Assembly (NCBI GenBank): GCA_001179505.1
Contig: CDMY01000982.1
Location: forward strand, 62,001 to 126,000
Direction: 5' to 3'
Source: Vitrella brassicaformis CCMP3155
Lineage: Eukaryota > Protista > Chromerida
DNA length: 64,000 bases
Positions 1-11,549 of the stretch are shown one piece after another (the first letter of the stretch is position 1; each line of letters starts with the position of its first letter). The translations under genes and the position numbers were made by a program. The notes under the pieces were generated by a model that was given only the letters and a program-made list of their open reading frames with translations, made no database searches and was not told the DNA's origin.

Positions 1-322
1 GAGCGTCAAGTCATACCTCTTCCTCATAGATGAGATGCGAGGACTCCGATGCGTCTCTCGCCATCAACGAATGAGAGCCAAGCCCTGCATGCAATTCCAT
101 GACATACACGCACCAACCTTGACACGCACAAGTCGTTAATATGATGGTGCTCTTCTCACCAGTGCTGCCGCACAGCGCAAGGCTTAGGACGCATGTCAGC
201 CACAGATCCCTCGGGAACAACAGCATCGCGAGAGACTGCCGTGCCAGTGGATGGCCCTGTCGTGGGGGCTAACGGGGGGCGGAAAAGACTCCGAGTCAGG
301 TTCGCGGGAAGCTTGAAGACAG

Positions 323-3300
323 ATGGCCTCTCCTCTTGGCAAGTTGAGCATCCGTGTCCGCAACAAGGCCCTATCGAGAGCCCATGTTCGTGTGGTGGAG
401 GCGAGGGAGCGGAAGACAGTCGAGCAGGAGCTCGAGAAGGCCGTGGAAAAGGGGGAGAAGATGGAGCGGGGGGGTGGAGTCACGGCTGGGTTTGGCGGCG
501 TTGAGATTGGACTGGAGGCAAACAGAGGCACAGAAATACGTGCGTGAGCATCGCCATGATCAGCACACAAAGGGCCTCTCAGTCTGCATCAATTGATTGT
601 TCAGGTGAGAAGACAGAGGAGAAGAGCTTCGTTCGCATCGAGTATGGCAAGCTGAAGGAGTCAAGCGACTGGTGAGACAGATAGACGCTGAATGCCTAGC
701 ACAAAAGACAGCTGTGTCTTTTTGTGAATCATATCATGTACAAGGACGACGATTGATCCCGGCAGAGACGCCACTTTGTCGAGTTTCGAATGGACCTACA
801 TCTCTATTGTGATTGGTTCGTTCTGACAGCAACCAAGATGATCCATCAGGCGCCATTGTCACATTGGAATGCCTCTGTCGCAGAAGACTCCGCCTATCAG
901 CTGCTCAACCAACTCATACACCCAGAAGAGCACCCCAATGGCATCGCAATCATAAGGGTGAGGCGAACCCACTACTGCAGATGCAGAACCATTCCAGCCA
1001 TCGTGCTGTCTGTTCGGCACAGGCCAACCCCCCATATGTTTCGCTTCTGGCCGAGACCATCGAGGCGGCGAATATCGAGGCCAAAGAGGCAGCCTTTCGC
1101 CTGAACAATGTCGCCACAAAGCTTGTTTTGACATCGAAAAGCATGGCTCGTGGTGTGTCAGTCGGACTCGAAAAGAAGAAAGGGCGGGAGGCACATGAGG
1201 AGGCCGACGCCTCGCAGCTGTGGATTTGGCAGATGGACACTTTCTGCCCGAAGGACGCTTTCCGTCTGGTGCCGAAGGCTTTCCCTGACAAGACACTGGC
1301 GGTGAGCCCATTGATGGGCAACAAGCTTGTTGTCGCCTCGCCAACGGCCAAGACAGACGCCATGAACACCAAGGGAGAGGCGAAATTCGAGCAGTGGATC
1401 ATGGAGACAGCCGAGATGCAAGACATCTTCCAGCCAATGGCAGGAGCCCTGTGTGGCTCGCTGTGCTGCCAGCCCTCCAAGGAACAGCTGCTCGTGTCGC
1501 CCGACATTCAATTCGAGCAGGGGAATGAGGAGAGGCGGGGGAGCAGCAAGTTTGATGACGAGACGGTGAGCCTCAAGTGTGTCGGTCTGCCGGATTGTGT
1601 GGTGGGTGTCAAGACCTCCGGCAATATCAAGAGTCTGGTGCTGATGAAGAAAGACAGGGGGGTCCCAATGGAGGCCCTGTGGTGTTGCAGCCAGCCAACC
1701 AAAACAGTCAGCACCAGCTATGGCAGCCAGCGATACTACTTTATTATGCTTTACTTGCAGGTCAGCCTTTTCGAAGCTTGTGCGGAGGGTCATAAGGAAG
1801 CTGTGCTGCAAATAATCAAAGCCAAAGGCATAAAGTGCTTGCAGGAAGCCGACGAGGTGAGACACAGCTGTACGACACGTGCTTCATCTACAATGGGGCG
1901 AGCATTGGTGTTCGGTGGGTGAATTGCAGGAAGGATTCACACCGCTGCACTACGCCGCCCAAAATGGCCATGAGGACATCTGCAGAGACATTGTGCTTAA
2001 GGGCGGCAAAGACCTCATCAAAAAGCAGACGAAAGTCCAGGTGAGCCAAGGACTGACAGCATAGGAAATGCAAGAGGCGCTCATCTTGACCTCTTTCAGG
2101 GCGAGCCTACCGTGCTGCATCTGGCGGCTAAAAAGGGTCGTATGAAGGTTGTGACGATACTGCTCGAGTTGGGAGGGGTCGATCTCTTGACACTCAAAGA
2201 TCCGGTCCGAGATATCTGTGTGTCTCGTTGTCTGATACGTTTTCCTTTCTGTCGTTGCAGCAAGGTGACACACCGTTTCATAATGCTGCGCTGGCTGGTC
2301 ACGTCGGTGTGCTGAAGGCGATGCACGCCAAGGGGGGCAGGCCACTGCTGGACCAACAGGGATGGGTAAGAGGAAGACACAGCTGCAACGGATGCCGACC
2401 TGTTCTATATGGGTGCAGTATGGCAACTGTGCCATCCACTGGGCAGCTCAGAAGGGTCATGTGGATGCGGTCAACTTGTTTATGGAGTGGGGCGGAATAC
2501 AGAAAGAGCTCCAACGGCGCGATAAGGTGGGAAATGTCACATGCAGTGCATCAGCCGATAGGATGTCTTGCTGTATAGGACGACAGCGCACCCTTCCACA
2601 TGGCTGCGTATTTTGGTCACGTCGGTGTGCTGAGGGCGATGCACGCCAAGAGGGGCAATGCACTGCTTGACCAACAGGGAAAGGTGGGAAGACACAGCTG
2701 CCACTGAGGTCTACACACTTTCTGGTGTATATTGTGCAGTTTGGCTTCTTTGCCATCCACTGGGCAGCCTGCTCAGCAGCCTACAATGGTCATGTTGGTG
2801 CCGTCAACTTGTTGATGGAGCTTGGACGAATAGCGGAGCTCAGCAAACGCGACGGGGTCCTCCCCTTCTCGCACACACTCATCGGTCAAGAAACCGTCTC
2901 CTACTGTGTCTGTGTCGTGCTATATTAGAACAACAATACACCCTTCCACATCGCTGCGATGAATGGTCAAGTGGCTGTGTTGATGGCGATGCACGCCAAA
3001 GGGGGCAGGCCGCTGCTGGACCAACACTCAAACGTAGGCGAGACACGGCTGCCACTGAGGTCTACACACTTCCTGGTATATATTGTGCAGAGTGGCGACT
3101 TTGCCATCCACTGGGCAGCCTACTATGGTCATCTTGATGCGGTCAACTTGTTTATGGAGCTTGGAGGAACAGCAGAGCTCAGCAAACGCGACGGGGTCCT
3201 CTCCTTCTCGCACACACTCATCGGTCACAAAAACCGTCTCCTACTGTGTCTGTGTCGTGCTGTGTTAGAACAACGACACGCCGTTCCACGTCGCTGCGCG

Positions 3301-4677
3301 TGGTGGTCACGTCGGCGTGCTGAGGGCGATGCACGCCAAGGGGGGCAATGCCCTGCTGGAACAACAGGGACAGGTGAGAGGAGAGACACAGCGCAACAGA
3401 CAGATCTGTACTCCGGGTGTATGTTGTGTGCAGGGTGGCTTCTACCCCATTCACTTGGCAGCTGGGAAGGGTCATGTTGATGCGGTCAACTTGTTGGTGG
3501 AGCTAGGCGGCCGCAAAGAACTCGACAAGCGCAATGAAGTGGGAAGAACAGCTAGAATTGTCCACTGTGTCGCTAATGCTGATGGTTATGTAGAACAACA
3601 ACACACCCTTTCACAGTGCTGCCATGAATGGTCACGTCGCTGTGCTGAAGGTCATGCACGCCAAGGGGGGCAATCGGCTGCTGGACCAACAGGGAGCGGT
3701 GAGAGGAGAGACACAGTTGCAACAGACAGATCTGTACTCCGGGTGTATGTTGTGTGCAGGGTGGCTTCTACGTCATTCACTTGGCAGCTCAGCAGGGTCA
3801 TGTCGATGCGGTCAACGTGTTGATGGAGCTGGGCGGAATAGCGGAGCTCGGCAAACGCGACGGGGTCCTCCCATCTCTCGCACGCACTGGCCAGATATAC
3901 AGCGTCTGTCTTTGTGCTCTTGTGGTTGTGCAGGTCAACGATACACCCTTTCACAAAGCTGCGTTTGTTGGTCATGTCGATGTCCTGAAGGCGATGCACG
4001 CCAAGGGGGGCAATACGCTGCTCGACCAGCAGGGAACGGTGGGAGGAGAGACACAGCTGCAACAGACAGATCTGTACTCCGTGTGTATGTTGTGTGCAGT
4101 TTGGCTACTATGCCATTCACATCGCAGCTCAGGAGGGTCATGTTGATGCGGCCAACCTGTTGGTGGAGCTAAGCGGAATAGCAGAGCTCAGCAAACGCGA
4201 TAAAGTCCTCCCATCTCTCACGGACCGCGTCGGTTGGAATGTCTATCTTGCTTTCTTTGTCTTGATGGCTGCTGTAGGACAACGCTACACCGTTCCACGT
4301 CGCTGCGCTGGATGGTCACGTCGGTGTGCTGAAGGCGATGCACGCCAAGGGGGGCAATGGGCTGCTGGACCAACAGGATGATGTGAGAGAGGAAGAGGGT
4401 GATATCAACAGACAGAATCACATTGCGTGTTCTGTGTGTGCATTTTGGCCATTTCCCCATCCACTTGGCAGCTTGGAAGGGCCACGTTGAAGCCGTCAAA
4501 CTGTTGGTGTCCTGGGGGGGCGTTCAGATGCCCAGCAAGAAAACCAATAAGGTGCAGTTTCGTGCGTGACTCGTCGCTTTTGTCTCAGCACATGTGTTGC
4601 GTGTTATGCAGGGCAAGACTCCACTGGACATGGCGGAGAGTGACGAGATGCGCAAACTGCTCAACAGCTACAGATAG
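323..4677 (+). CDS. Multi-exon gene: uncharacterised N-terminal domain followed by ~18 ankyrin repeats; 5' structure uncertain, may start upstream
   Basis: Spliced exons give EGFTPLHYAAQNGHEDIC, GEPTVLHLAAKKGRMKVV, then alternating TPFHxAAxxGHVxVL / AIHxAAxxGHVDAVNL repeats and a C-cap [21 protein letters not shown] (TAG 4675-4677). GT-AG phase-0 introns separate the repeats. The N-terminal exons (323-1740) could not be fully resolved. Confidence 0.8.
2261..4551 (+). repeat. Tandem array of 7 exon-intron-exon-intron units (~320-350 bp), each encoding two ankyrin repeats
   Basis: A-type exons start at 2261, 2579, 2929, 3269, 3594, 3934 and 4278. Intron sequences also recur (e.g. gagacacagctgcaacagacagatctgtactcc; gtcctcccctnctcgcacacactcatcggtca). 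Confidence 0.95.
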
Positions 4678-5471
4678 CCAATGCCTTGTTGGGTTTGGGC
4701 TGTTGTTCGTCGGTGTGTCGGTCTGTGTGTCGTGTCGCTGATCTGCCTAGTATGCCATGTGTCTTGAAATGACAAAGAGAGACACGCTGTGCCAGCTTGC
4801 ACCGGTCGACGCGAACCGGCACAATTAAAGCAATCGACACTCACTCGGTCCCATCATCCAGCAGCGGCGCTTTGATGACCGCAAAGAATTTCTCAGGACG
4901 CTCGCCACGTGTGTGCTCCCTGCATGGCTGTGTGGACTGAAGACCGCACTGCATGTCTTGCAATGTTCCAATGAAGGCATGCCTTTGTTTGCATTGCTGT
5001 CGATCGTTTGTCTGTGACTGACGCGTACATAAACCATTCAGTCAGTCGTGACACTAGCTGCGATAAAAAAGGTTCGTCACACTGACCGTCACATGTACGT
5101 ATGACTGACCTGACTGACGCGCGCACTTCCGATCTTCTGATAAAGGGAGGACATATGACACGAAGAACATTACTTCACCTCACCTCCCCTGTGACCTGGG
5201 CTGGCGGGCACAAAAAAAGTGCCTCTGCCTGTTCCGACATATATACGCATAGCATACACACACACAGGTAGATCGATGAGAACACACACGCATAGCATAG
5301 CACATATTGTACACACTCAGACACAGACGCAGATACAGATACAGAGATTCGGATACACACATATGTAGACAAACAAACACAGAAAGATTCCCATCCGGCA
5401 ATCCAATCAAGGATCCTTCCTTCTCTGAAGAAAAACCAAACCCGTGCATCACATCACACCGCCCGGCCGAG

Positions 5472-8400
5472 TCACCCCCCAGCACCATCCCTGTCGCCCT
5501 CACTCCTACTACCACCACCACCCGCCCCATTATCCCCATTATCGCCAGGTTTGTCGCCCTTGTTTCCCTGCCCGTGCTGCCGCAAGTGTGTGGCGACTCC
5601 TGTGGCCATGGCAAACAGCGGTGTGAACTGGCTGAGCGCGAAGAGCTGCACGTCGGCCGCCTCGGTCAGCGTGTGGCAGTCGCCCTCCAGCAACAGACCG
5701 GTCTCGGTCATCTCGTGCACAATCTGCATTTTGATGTTGACGAGTATCTTGGCCGTCACAACGGTGAAGGCGTAAGGGAACAGTCTCGGGCGCGCGTCCT
5801 TCAGGCGCCCCATGCAGATCTGCGCAGCGGCCAGCTGCTCGTGCAGATTCCGCCTGCATCATGGCGTGGTGAGAGCACAGGCAGATACATACCCCCACAC
5901 ACAGAGAGGTCCATGGATAGATCCATGGATGGATGGATGGATGGCGTCTATTAGAGGGCGGATGCTTACACGAGTCGTTTGCCCATGATCTTGACGAGGT
6001 CTTCCTGCCCCAACTGCAGCAGCTCTCGGTGAACAGCGCCATAACCTACACAGACACACACACACACACACACAGCCTACATAGAGACACACAGCAGCAG
6101 CAGCAGCAGCTGACCCATGATGGTTTCGATGTCCTGCATGAGCCGCCAGTACAGCCCCAGCCCACGTAACAACGGCACCGGCACACGCGACACACACGAC
6201 GGAGACAGAGTGCCCAGCCGGGACTCTATCGTACGCCACTCGACCTGACCCACACAGACAGAGAGTGAGAAAAAGAGACAGAGAGAGACGATGCCAAGAC
6301 GTGTGAGTGTTTGTTGTGTGTGCTGGGAGGGAAGGGTTGGTGAGTGTGAGTGTGTGCCTCGAATGGTGTCGGCAAGAGCTTTGGCTTGCTAGGTGAGAGG
6401 AAGGGCGTCACGCGAGGAGAGGAACTTTCCTGAACCACACCATACCACACCCCAGCACAGTGTGTGTGAGGTCGTGTGTGAGGTCGTGTGTGTGGACCTG
6501 CTCCATCTGCGCCGTTTCCCAGTGCTGTATCATCCGCCGGTCGTGAGCACTGTAGGGGAACTTCTTCACCTCTTCCCAGAAACCCTGACACAACACAGCC
6601 ATGCCCACACACACGCATACACATCCGCCTCGCCCCCTCCCTCCCCCAACCGACCCACCCAGTCACTCACCCTGATGCTCAGCGAGCTCAGCTCGCAGTT
6701 GGCTGCGTCAAGTGCCGTGCCCAGGGCCTCCATGAGGGTGTGCAGAGCTCCCCCGTCCACCCCGCCCCGCTCGAAGAGCTTGCCGTACATCTCTCGGCAC
6801 GCGTTGAAGAAGATGTGATAGATCTCGCCCTCTCTCTCCAGACGGCCGGTTTGTGTGTGAGCGGGGGCCTTCTGCTGATCTGCACACACACACACACAGA
6901 AAGAGAGAGATAGAGAGAGATGGATGTGGGTGTTTGTGTACCTGGTGGCGCGTCCAGTCGGAGGCCGGACACCTGTGCGCCGAAGCCGTATAGGCTCTCA
7001 GTGCCGATGCTGGCCGTGTCGTCGCCTTCGCTCATCATCCCACTCATCCCGGCCGCCCCCTCCTCATCGCCGAGCGACCTGTGTGACAGCGGGGGCGACT
7101 GCCGGTGGGGTGGCGGGTGGAAGTGCGCGTGCGGCACCGGCAGGCCCGACGACTCACGCTGCCACCAGAAGAGAGGGATGAATGGAATGGAGAGAAGGGA
7201 ACAGAGAGTACACACAGAGGGAAGGGCGGTGGGGTAGGTCACTTACCGTGATGTGTCTCATCTGGTCGTCGTATTCGTCGCTCTCTTCCCCGTCCACTGC
7301 GGCCGCTTTGCCGTCTGCCTTGTCCACGCTCATGCCCGCCGCCCCCACACCGCCCTCGTCGGTGCTCGTGACTAAAAAAGAGCTTGGCAGGAAGGTCCCC
7401 TGACGCGTCGACATCGATGTCGGCCGGCTGTGCAGACCCAGACCTACAGGCACCACCCACACACGCGAAGAGAGAGAGAGAGAGATGCAGGAGTGATGTG
7501 TGTGTGTGTGGGTCGACACATCACCTCTAGCAAGCGAGCTTCGTCTCCTCAAAAGTTGCAGTGTCACTCGTTGCTGCTGCTGTCTGAGCAGTTCCTCGGC
7601 CTCGTTGCCGACGGCCGTCTGGGAGCGGTGCAGCAGATGGCGGGGCGACGGCTGCGGCGATGACGTGGGCGTCTGCCAGGCCTTCCTACTCACACACGCC
7701 ACCCGATGCGACGAATGTCTAAGTGCATCGCGTCCATGTCACTCATTCTCACTTGTCGCTGTTGCCGATTGCCGTGGAGCTCCGCAGCAGCCCTCCGCCA
7801 CTCCCTCCTCCGTTAACAGGCCCCGGCAGGGGCAAATTCATCTTCTGCAGGTCCTTTATGTTGACACTGATGGCCTCCTCGCCCTCCCTCTGTGGTGGTG
7901 GTGTCTTCTCGTGTGTGTCTGGTGTTGCTGCCGGTGGTGTGTGGGGGGTGTCTTTGTGCTTGTCTTTGTTGCTGAGCACGTTGCGGTGGGCCGGCCTTTC
8001 TCGCAGCTTGGGAACCAGAGAGAGGACGTAGTCTTCACTCTGATGCTCATCTGTCCGCACACACACACACACAGAGAGAGTGAGAAAGGGACTCATCTGT
8101 GTGTGTGTGTGGATGGGCGTGTACCTGGTTCTGGAAGTTTCCACTGGGAGAGAGGGGGCATTGCGGTGGGGGTAAGCACAGACGACACCGCCTGCAATCC
8201 ATCCATCCATCCATTAGATCAGGAGTCACACATGCGTGACGGCCTGTATGTGCGCCTGTCATTGTCCATTACCACTCTCTTCACAGAGATCTTGCCGCTC
8301 TCAGGCAGCACATGTGCGGTGGTGAGGTCGGGCACCATCTTGTTGGCCAGTTCCAGCGCCGGGTTGCTCCGAAAACACCAGTGCGTTGACAAAACTGACA

Positions 8401-9440
8401 CACAGACACACACACCCCGAGTCATGGAAACGCCGATAGAGAGACAGAGAGTGTGTGTGTCGGTTGCCGACCCTGCAGCTGTTCCTTGTACTCCTTTTCG
8501 ATGTGGTGGACGATCTTGCGCCAGTAGACGACGCGGAACGGATTGGGGGGGTAGATCCGCAGCCGCTGATACAGCCACCCAACCTTCACACAACACACAA
8601 TACACACACACACACATGGAATGAGATCGATGCACAACACACGTGTGGGCGTGCTGACATACAGTGGTTCCGTTGATGAGCAGGGTGAGGAAGACGATGC
8701 CGGCGATGTAGAAGGTGACTCGGTCGCGGACGTCCCTCGGGAGCCGTGTGTCCTCCTCAACCATCAGACCCAACGCCATCGCTATCGCACCCCTGACGAA
8801 CAAAATCACACAAACACACACAAAAAATGAATACGCAGTACGAGCACAGAGGAAAGGAGAGGAAAGGCAGTTGTTTGTTTGTGCGGGTGGCTGGCCGAAT
8901 GCACCTGAGGCCGCCATAGACCAGGATGGTGCCTTCCTTCCACGACAGGCCATAGCCGAGCCTCTGAATATACACACACATACGCTGTTTGTATTGAGCT
9001 GTGTGCGTGTCCGTGAGTCCATCAGGATGCCTGTCCTACCTGCAGTATTGGCGAGAAGAGCAGCACAATGGCGGCGCGAGAGATGTGCAGGAACACGTAC
9101 AGCAGGACCAGGTCGATGTACGGGCCGCTGCTCACACGGACACACACAGACACACACACACACACACACACACCACGTGCACTTGTGTGTTTGAGTGTTT
9201 GTGTGTTCAAGTCGACCCACGCGGAGTATAGGAAGGATGAATCCGCCACTCGCAACATCCGACACGTGATGATGCCTGCACACACACACGCGCACACGCG
9301 CACACACAAAAATGGTCCATTCCACTCATCACACATGGGGCCGCCGACACACCTGCGATGACGAAGAGCACTTGGTTGGCCAGTGCACTCAGCTCCTCGA
9401 CCAATGCGCGGTGGATATCTTGCACCTGCACACAGACACA

Positions 9441-9473
<33 letters not shown>

Positions 9474-11016
9474 CGAGAGAGAGATGATTGTGTTTGTGTG
9501 GCCTTCTATGAGATGAAGAGGCACTGACCTCTTTGGCCATGTTGTATTTGCCCACTGCGGCGAAGAACAGCCCATAGGTCACCACTGCCAGCACACCCGA
9601 CACACCCAAGGCCGTCTCGGCCACGAAATACGACAGATACGCACCTAAGGCACACACACACCCACCCCAACACACAACAAAGAGATGCCCTCCCTCCCTC
9701 CCTCCCACACACACATTTACCCACCAGCAAGCACAGCAGTGATCTCAATCACAAACTGTGTGAAGAACCACCTCAGCCAGCAGTCGACGGCGAGCGCCAC
9801 GGCCATGCCCCACAATGGCCCTCCGATGGCCAGCTTCATGAAGAAGATGGTGGCGTCCCCGCCTGTCACCGTGTCCACACGCTCCACGGCCAGCTTCCGG
9901 AATACCAGAAACAGCACTGACAGAGAGAGAGAGAGAGAGAGAGAGGGACAGAGAGAAAAGAGAAAAGAGGGAGGGAGAGAGATGCATGTGTGTGTGTGTG
10001 TGTACCGAATGAGGATCCGTCGTTGAGGAGGCTCTCTCCGTCAATAATGGAGGCGAGCTTTGCGGGCGCAGCCAGCTCGTGAAGCGCTGCAACCACCTGC
10101 ATCACATGAAGCGAGAGACACACAGTGAGTGAGCGCACCAATGCCACTATTTTGTGCTTACTGCAACAGGGTCAGTGGCACTGAGCACACTCGCCAGCAT
10201 GAGGCACACGTCCCACCCCATGGCCGCGCCGCCCGTACTCGTATTTGGGAAGATCACATACATCAAGGGACCGATCTACACACACACATACATACAAGAA
10301 ACCACACACAGAGGACACAACACAGCTCCTCAGTTTGCTTGTGCGCTTGTGTGTTGATGAATGGATGGTTACGATGAATATGTTGAGTATCACTCCGACA
10401 ATGGCGAGCAGCACGGACGAGGGCAGCACGCGCTTGAAGACGTGCCAGTTGACATTGGATGCAGATTCATCTACACACACATTCACATACATGAACAGAT
10501 GGCCTCCATCTCTCTCTCTCTGTCTGTCTGTCTGTCTGTCTGTGGCTGCCTTGCATGGCTTCCTTACAGAGGAGTATCGGCAGCAGCACCAGCAGAATGA
10601 AGTGTGGGTGGATCGTCTCGACGTCCTTGATGCCGACTCCCAGCAGCGACAGATCCATGTTGTGAGACCACCTGCACACACAAAGCACACAAAGAATGCA
10701 CAATAAACGCTGCTGCCGCTTTCCTTGGCTCACCATGAGAGCAGCATGCCCGCAACAAAAAGTGTCACAGAAACGGGCGGGCGAAATCGGGGAATCAGTG
10801 TGATCACCTGGGAACCAGCACAATGCACACAAACAGGCATGCATCCAGACAGACCAGAAGGACTCGTCGTACCCATTGGATGAACGACGAGATTAGAAAA
10901 GTGAAGATCAAAAAAGCCAACGCGCCCTCTATCCGCTCGCCCAGCTCATCCTCCTCTCCGTGACCCACGCTGCCCTCCGCTGCAGCCACATCGGCACCGT
11001 GAGCCTCGCTCGACAT
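5472..11016 (-). CDS. CPA1-family Na+/H+ antiporter, SOS1/NHX7-like, many exons
   Basis: Exons encode VVAALHELAAPAKLASIIDGESLLNDGS (CPA1 signature), NVNWHVFKRVLPSSVLLAIVGV, LGVSGVLAVVTYGLFFA, YGGLRGAIAMALGL and FYIAGIVFLTLLINGTT, then a long cytosolic tail ending ...DRDGAGG* (5472). ATG at 11016. Confidence 0.9.
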
Positions 11017-11113
11017 AGATCTTCAAGATCTTCGAAGATCTTCAATTCAACAACACACAGACGAGCGGCAGGCACCAGCTCACGTAGCCCCCGTCGAGGG
11101 GATCTTTCTTTTG

Positions 11114-11148
11114 TTTAGGGCTTAGGGTTTCCCCTTCTAAGCTCGCAG
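11114..11148 (-). promoter_or_regulatory. Telomere-like/telo-box element plus CTAAGCTCGCAG motif upstream of the antiporter
   Basis: TTTAGGGCTTAGGGTTT at 11114-11130 reads AAACCCTAA on the minus strand. CTAAGCTCGCAG lies at 11137-11148. Function is inferred from position only. Confidence 0.35.
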
Positions 11149-11299
11149 AATGGCGATCGCTCCAAAAACACGCGCTTTTGCAATGAAGCTGTGAGCCACC
11201 CCCTCGGCACTCTCTATAGCGACAACAACATGCTTTTGACTTACCTGAATCATCAGTCACCGTCGACCCTCGTGCTCTCTCGGCAATACCATCGGCCTC

Positions 11300-11549
11300 T
11301 GCATCGAGCCACACAGCAGCAAAGGAGGACGCCAGCCGCGAAGAAATGTTCGACGCGGGGTTCTTCAACGGGGGGGACGAGGGACGAGCCGAGTCTGACT
11401 GGGACGGCTAGGATGTGGACTTGGCGGAGATGAGCTGCTGCCGCACGTCCATGCAGGAGCATGCCATCTTGCTAGAGACCTTACGCCCAAGCCAAGAAGG
11501 AACAAAGGCGGCAGAAGCAGCACAAGCCGGTAGGAGAGAACATTCTGTG
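11300..11549 (+). pseudogene. Degenerate fragment paralogous to the exon at 30819-30892
   Basis: 11462-11502 matches 30821-30860 with 1 mismatch and a 1-nt insertion (frameshift). An in-frame TAG sits at 11409-11411. Confidence 0.6.

Noticed and set aside
2261-4551. CRISPR-like periodic repeat/spacer appearance
   Set aside because: The units are ~335-bp coding exon plus intron pairs of an ankyrin gene; there are no short palindromic direct repeats and no cas genes.
4847-5017. Protein-like frame GPIIQQRRFDDRKEFLRTLATCVLPAWL
   Set aside because: No start, no splice context and no recognisable motif.
6455-6495. HTHDLTHDLTHT repeat in the antiporter frame
   Set aside because: It lies just after a GT donor (GAGCAG|GTCCAC on minus) and is intronic CA-type repeat.
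11409-11411. In-frame TAG as possible readthrough or pyrrolysine codon
   Set aside because: It is accompanied by a frameshift relative to the intact paralog, so pseudogenisation is simpler.
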